NCBI GenBank assembly: GCA_040754655.1
Contig: JBFMCE010000002.1
Span: 9,436-73,435, forward strand
Length of the DNA stretch: 64,000 bases
Direction: 5' to 3'
DNA from: Bdellovibrionota bacterium
GTDB taxonomy: Bacteria; Bdellovibrionota; UBA1018; UBA923
Of the stretch, positions 59,217 through 64,000 are shown piece after piece. The notes under the pieces were generated by a model. The model was given only the letters and a program-made list of their open reading frames with translations, was not told the origin of the DNA and ran no database searches. The stretch's first letter is position 1. Each line of letters opens with the position of its first letter. The position numbers were made by a program, and so were the translations under genes.

Positions 59217-59742
59217 GCGTTCGAGTCCCTCTGCCTAACGCGTTTTCTGCGAGATTCTTTGTTCCTAAAATCCCGCCCAAAACTCCGGCATAGAGAACGG
59301 TGGAGGTAAGAATTCCCGCGCCAAAAGCCAAGGCATATCCCGCCACCGCGACAAGGCCCGAAGAGAATACCACCAACGAAGCGCCCGCGAAGGCCGCAGT
59401 TCCGGCGACCCCGTGCAGAATTCCCATCCAAAAAGGCCCTTGGTGTTTAAATCCCTCCAACCTTTGGCTTCCCATCGCCTTAATCAGAGTCAAACCACCA
59501 ACCCCAACAAGTGCGATCCCAACCAGCCTTTCCATCCAATGAGCAAATGAGTCTGAAAGAACAAGTTTAAATGAAAACAAGATCAAGCAAAACACAAGCA
59601 GGCTCAGGCCATGTCCGAGCGCCCACTTTGCTCCGTAGAGCGCGGCATCGCGGGGCCTGGGCCCAGTCGCTACGAAAGCGCTGACCGCCGCCAAATGATC
59701 AACCTCAAAAGCATGAACGATGCCTAAACCAAAACTCGACAT
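59167..59742 (-). CDS. UreH/NiCoT-like nickel/cobalt permease
   Basis: HAFEVDHLAAV (HX4DH), W.LGH, G.LHG.AG; start coupled (TGATG) to the upstream NFACT gene. Confidence 0.8.
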   Translation of the reverse strand: MSSFGLGIVHAFEVDHLAAVSAFVATGPRPRDAALYGAKWALGHGLSLLVFCLILFSFKLVLSDSFAHWMERLVGIALVGVGGLTLIKAMGSQRLEGFKHQGPFWMGILHGVAGTAAFAGASLVVFSSGLVAVAGYALAFGAGILTSTVLYAGVLGGILGTKNLAENALGRGTRTLMGLWSCAVGLIWIFR

Positions 59743-61214
59743 CAAGAGGAATGTTGTTTCAAAAGTCTCCACAGCCGCTGATCCTCCAATTTCACCATGA
59801 GGGTTTTATTGCCAGTGTAGGTCACTAAAAACTTCTCGCCCTTGCCTCCAGGCACCCTCTTCACGTTCTTCCGGAAGGTGTAATCCACCTCGACTTTATT
59901 GCCAACCGAAACTCCCGAATAGTGCGCAACAAGGGTCGCCGCGTCGAGCATCGTTTCAAGAGAGGCTGATTTTTCGCGCGGAAGCTGAATCACGGCGTGC
60001 GCGCCAGGCTTGCCCTTGAGGTGCATCCACAAATCGTTGCCTCTGGCCAATCGAATCACCAGTTCTTCGTTCTCAGCATGATTGCGTCCTATCCATATCG
60101 AAAGGCCTTCCTGCGACTTGAATTCGCGTAGCCCAGAGCTCTTCCACTTCTGATCGGTCTTTTTTTCTTTCTTGGGCTTTCCGCCGTCTTCCAACGGCTG
60201 GGTTGAAAGTGTTTTCAGGCCGGTGGCTTCAAGAAGTTTCCTAAGACGCGCGTGGGTCGCTCTGAACCCCTCTCCTTCCAAGGCCTCGAACTGGCGTATT
60301 TTAGCGATGGCCGAGGTAGCAGACTTGAGTTCTTCCTCGACCGCATCAAATCGCGCACTCACCTCGCGCCGCGTGCGTTCCAGCTTTTTATAACGGCTGA
60401 AAATCTTCGCGGCGTTCTGCGAAAGCGTCAGTCCCGGATCAAGCTCTATTCCTAACAACGAATAAGTTTTGTAGTCACCCGGGTACTCATGAAGCACGGC
60501 CTTCAAGCCCTCGCCCTGAGATTTGTATAAATTTGCCTTCTCGCTTTCTTTCAAGGCTCCGCTCATTTGATTCCTGATCTTGGCCAAATGAGAAATCCTG
60601 CTTTGCAATTGAGCGCCCGCGCGTTGCAATTCAAGCTTGAGCGAGGCTTGTTCACGCAGCGTAAAGTAGCGCTGGTACGCGCCTGCAAACCATCCTTCAT
60701 TGCGAGGGGTTGCTGAGTCAAATTCTCTGACGCCTCCCGTGAACACTCCTCCGCCTGGCGGACGAAAACCTTGGACTGCCTTTTGCGTTCGCCACGAATA
60801 ATCGACCTCCCCCGCACGCAAGCTCCAGTTCGGACGCGCCGGAAAAAGCTCGAGGCACAGCGAAAGATCGTTTGAAAACGCAAGCTCAACCACTCGATCT
60901 TTGTCACGGGCCCTTACATTCAGAAGCTCTTGCCCTTTTAAAAAGGGATTCCAATCTTGCGCTCCGCCAAAAGCTCGCGCCCAGGTTTGCTTCGAAGGCC
61001 GCCAAAAAGACGATGGCCCTAGCAACACCGCAGTCCATGGCGCTTTCAGCGAAAAACAGAGAGTCAGCTTCTCAGAAAGCCTGATGCCGATGTTAAGGTC
61101 AGCCAATTGCACATCCAACGGGAATTCGACCATCTCCACGGCCAAAACCTGTCGAGGCAACTTTTCTTTGATAAGTTCGACCGCTTTCGCGATTTCTAGA
61201 TAATTGAAACTCAT
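59742..61214 (-). CDS. rqcH: NFACT-family ribosome quality control factor RqcH/Rqc2 homolog
   Basis: N-terminal DR and ELF motifs, coiled coil, NA..IF.RYKKL, NFACT-R IGRN..EN...DLWMH..G.PGAH...VDYT..KNV. Confidence 0.8.
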   Translation of the reverse strand: MSFNYLEIAKAVELIKEKLPRQVLAVEMVEFPLDVQLADLNIGIRLSEKLTLCFSLKAPWTAVLLGPSSFWRPSKQTWARAFGGAQDWNPFLKGQELLNVRARDKDRVVELAFSNDLSLCLELFPARPNWSLRAGEVDYSWRTQKAVQGFRPPGGGVFTGGVREFDSATPRNEGWFAGAYQRYFTLREQASLKLELQRAGAQLQSRISHLAKIRNQMSGALKESEKANLYKSQGEGLKAVLHEYPGDYKTYSLLGIELDPGLTLSQNAAKIFSRYKKLERTRREVSARFDAVEEELKSATSAIAKIRQFEALEGEGFRATHARLRKLLEATGLKTLSTQPLEDGGKPKKEKKTDQKWKSSGLREFKSQEGLSIWIGRNHAENEELVIRLARGNDLWMHLKGKPGAHAVIQLPREKSASLETMLDAATLVAHYSGVSVGNKVEVDYTFRKNVKRVPGGKGEKFLVTYTGNKTLMVKLEDQRLWRLLKQHSS

Positions 61215-61239
61215 ATGCTATATGATGTGAGCAAACCCT

Positions 61240-63588
61240 ATGCTTTTAGCTTCGAAATCTCTTGAGAAAGCGCTTGAGTGGTCACTCATACGCGAGGCCT
61301 TGGCTTCGCGCACCCGTAGTCCTCTGGGCAACCAGCTTGCCTTCCGCCACCAGCCGTTTTCTATACCAACTCAGAGCACGCGTCTCCGGGAAAGAGTGGC
61401 CGAAGGCAAGATTCTCATCTCAAAGTCACCCGTGCACGGCTATGTGGCAGATGTAATCGACATCCGCGAGGTGCTTGAGCGCGCTTCAAGGGACGGTGTG
61501 CTCGAACCCGGCGAACTCTGGGCATGCGGACACTTCATGTCGACCGTAGGGCTCGTGGGTTCAGAACTTCGCCAAAGAAAAACCGAAGCGCCCCTCTGGT
61601 CTCAAGAGTTCTCTACCGCACCTGATACGCCGGCGTTGTGCGAACAGATCGCCAGATCAGTGTCGTCGGATGGCGCCATTCTTGACACCGCATCAACGCT
61701 GCTCGCCAGGTTAAGGCAAGAGCGGCTCGCCAGAAGATCTGAATTTGAAAGACTGCTTGAGCACCGCTTAAAGGATTGGAATTCAAAAGGCCTTTTGCAA
61801 GACAGTTTTTATGACGTTGTCGACGGGCGCTACGTCGTGCCAGTGAAGGCTGAGCAACAATCCAAGCTTGACGGCATTTTGTTCGGGAAGAGCAATACCG
61901 GACAAAGCGTTTTTATTGAACCCGTTGAACTTACCGGCCCCAACAACGCACTCAAAGAGATCGATCTGTCGATAAGGTCTGAGGAATACCGAATCTTGAA
62001 AAGCCTGAGTCAACAGGTTGCGACGGTGGCGGATATTTATGATCCCTGGATCGAGGTCATTGCGGAACTTGATCTTGCGCTGGCTGCTGCGCGGCTGGCG
62101 GTAGATTGGGACCTGAGCGAGCCTCAGGTCGCTGATGGAGACCTTGAGCTTCGCAACCTTTTTCACCCGGGCCTTAAAGTTCAGCGCATAGAACCAGTGT
62201 TGAACACCGTGCGAATTTCTAAAGGGGGTCGAGCTCTTTTGATCTCAGGGCCAAATACGGGTGGCAAAACGGTATTGCTAAAGGCCGTCGCACTGGCATG
62301 CAGCATGGCGCGCGCTGGGCTTTTCATTCCGGCCGAGAAAGGCTCAAAAGTTCCGCATTACAAAGATGCGATCGCTCTTATTGGCGATGAACAAAACCTC
62401 GCTGCAGGGCTTTCAAGCTTTTCAGCGCAGATCAAAGACTTGCAAACGATCACAAAAGAGCCAGGGCTTTCACCGGCGCTCATCGTGGTGGATGAGATTC
62501 TTTCTAGCACTGATCCTGAAGAAGCTTCCGCGTTGGCGCAGGCGTTCATTGAGGAATTCACTGAAAGCGGCCATCACGTTTTGGTCACGAGCCATTTCAG
62601 CGAACTTTCGCTCAGGTGCACCCAAAACCCTAAGATCACGGTCGCGGCGATGGAGTTTGAGGGAGGAAGACCTACGTATCGCCTGCTTGAAAATCAAATG
62701 GGATCAAGCCATGCCCTTGAGATCGCGTCTTCCTTAGGCGTGCCCAAGCGCATCTTGGAACGCGCGCGAAGCTTTGTTTCAACCGCCAAGCAAGATTACG
62801 AGAAGGCGGTGAGCGAAGCGAGAGAACGCGGCCGCGAGCTTGAAACGCAATACCGTGAAGCTCATTTGGCTCTTGGTCGCGAAAAAGAAGATTTAAAGCG
62901 GGAATTCAAAGAAAAATTAGACGCTTTTGTCGCGGCAGCAGAACAAAGACTTGCCGATACGATAGCAGCCTTGAATCAACGGATCGTTTCCTCGATCAGA
63001 CAGGGCATCGGCTCAAAGACAAAGCTTGAGGCGAGAATCAAATCCAGCGTCCACGAAGCGCTGAGCGAGATTGAAAGAGAAGCCTTGACCTTGCAGGAAG
63101 AGCCGGAGAAGGCCGAGGTAGAGCCGATCGCGGCGGGTTGCCTCGTACGCGTACGCTCGATGAAAACGGCGCAAGGCAAAGTGCTTGAATTGAAGGAAGA
63201 TGGCCCCCTAAAAACGGCGTTGGTTCAGGTGGGCAATTTCAGACTTGAGCGCCCGCTTGAGGATCTTGAGGTGATGGCTTTAAATGAGAAGCCTTCGCAA
63301 AAACCTGGGCGGCGATCGGCAGCTTTTTTTACTGATGCCACTCCGCTAGAGTCGACACGTATTGATTTGCGCGGTCTACGCTACGACGAAGCGCTCGCGC
63401 GCGTGGAGCAGTATCTTGACCAAGCTTTTCGTAGTGGCGCGCCAAGCGTGACGGTGATCACAGGCCATGGCACAGGGGCAATCAAGAAGGGCGTAAAAGA
63501 GTTGTTAGGTGCGCTTCCCTATGTGGTTGAATTCAAGCCCGAGCGCGGAAATGACGACGGCGCGCTTGTCGTGCAGTTCGACCAGTGA
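61240..63588 (+). CDS. mutS2: MutS2 (ATPase, KOW, Smr)
   Basis: S.TGQS.FIEP, ISGPNTGGKT, IGDEQ...LSSFS, DE..STDP.E, G.S.A.EIA, DLRG...GHGTG. Confidence 0.93.
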   Translation: MLLASKSLEKALEWSLIREALASRTRSPLGNQLAFRHQPFSIPTQSTRLRERVAEGKILISKSPVHGYVADVIDIREVLERASRDGVLEPGELWACGHFMSTVGLVGSELRQRKTEAPLWSQEFSTAPDTPALCEQIARSVSSDGAILDTASTLLARLRQERLARRSEFERLLEHRLKDWNSKGLLQDSFYDVVDGRYVVPVKAEQQSKLDGILFGKSNTGQSVFIEPVELTGPNNALKEIDLSIRSEEYRILKSLSQQVATVADIYDPWIEVIAELDLALAAARLAVDWDLSEPQVADGDLELRNLFHPGLKVQRIEPVLNTVRISKGGRALLISGPNTGGKTVLLKAVALACSMARAGLFIPAEKGSKVPHYKDAIALIGDEQNLAAGLSSFSAQIKDLQTITKEPGLSPALIVVDEILSSTDPEEASALAQAFIEEFTESGHHVLVTSHFSELSLRCTQNPKITVAAMEFEGGRPTYRLLENQMGSSHALEIASSLGVPKRILERARSFVSTAKQDYEKAVSEARERGRELETQYREAHLALGREKEDLKREFKEKLDAFVAAAEQRLADTIAALNQRIVSSIRQGIGSKTKLEARIKSSVHEALSEIEREALTLQEEPEKAEVEPIAAGCLVRVRSMKTAQGKVLELKEDGPLKTALVQVGNFRLERPLEDLEVMALNEKPSQKPGRRSAAFFTDATPLESTRIDLRGLRYDEALARVEQYLDQAFRSGAPSVTVITGHGTGAIKKGVKELLGALPYVVEFKPERGNDDGALVVQFDQ

Positions 63589-63790
63589 ATTTGAGTGGGC
63601 CGAGCCCGAGGATTGGGCGCGTGGGAGTGGCATTGGGGCCAACGCAAGGTTGGCGCAGGGCCGCGGCGCAATTGCATGGGGCCACTCTCGCCTACGGGGC
63701 CTGCGCGAAATAGTGCGGAGCCTTAGCTCTAGCGGTGGCAATTGTGTTGTTTTTGTGACGGAATTTTCTCGCCACATTTTGGACTACTAA

Positions 63791-63864
63791 AGCAATTGTG
63801 CGGTTAATGTGTTGCGGTTTCGTGACCGCTCTTGGGGCTTTGAGCAATTGTGCGGTTAATGTGT
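63791..63864 (+). repeat. Two exact 22-bp direct repeats separated by 30 bp
   Basis: AGCAATTGTGCGGTTAATGTGT at 63791-63812 and 63843-63864; partial copy GCAATTGTG at 63738. Confidence 0.85.
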
Positions 63865-64000
63865 GGCACCTTTGGCGATGCCAAGCCCTCCGACCTGGTC
63901 GAGATCGTCCGTCAGCCGAACACAGCCCCCGAAGCGTTGGCGGCGGCCCGGGCGCTGTTCGAGGCCAGCGGCCTCAAGACCGCGGTGTGCGGCGACTTCC
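63865..64000 (+). CDS. High-GC coding fragment resembling a 3-hydroxyacyl-CoA dehydrogenase-like protein (partial)
   Basis: GTFGDAKPSDLVEIVRQPNTAPEALAAARALFEASGLKTAVCGDF; 96/136 GC; 40/45 codons end in G/C. Confidence 0.45.

Noticed and set aside
63738..63864. CRISPR array
   Set aside because: Only two exact 22-bp copies with one spacer and no cas genes in the window; kept as a generic repeat.

Overview
A 64-kb chromosomal segment of roughly 50% GC (by eye). The gene content (many PAS/HisKA kinases, secreted orphan proteins, sigma54-type promoters, rqcH and mutS2) suggests Bdellovibrionota/Oligoflexia, but this is an inference. Recognisable genes include an OPT transporter, srkA, a GlpT/UhpC-type MFS, ybhP/phospholipase D, typA, tRNA-Glu(TTC), proBAC, two DUF1460 amidases, a glycogen cluster (debranching enzyme, GT4, GH57, GH15), several two-component proteins, and a head-to-head rqcH(NFACT)/mutS2 pair. 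The most unusual structure is a 780-bp cassette at 15385-16164. Two divergent four-helix-bundle (IVS-protein/Avd-like) paralogs of only ~55% aa identity share a perfect 30-bp inverted repeat carrying both RBSs, and the pair is bracketed by perfect 30-bp direct repeats. No transposase, reverse transcriptase or rRNA is nearby. Other notable observations are: sigma54-type -24/-12 promoters in front of general-stress genes and an unannotated 39-aa ORF; an operon of three divergent 4-Cys/coiled-coil secreted paralogs plus a beta-barrel; a DUF2156-rhomboid fusion; a stand-alone HisKA microprotein; a tRNA-adjacent nucleotidyltransferase TA-like islet; and an abrupt high-GC junction at the right edge that may be an assembly chimera. 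All family assignments come from motif recognition by eye; no searches were run.
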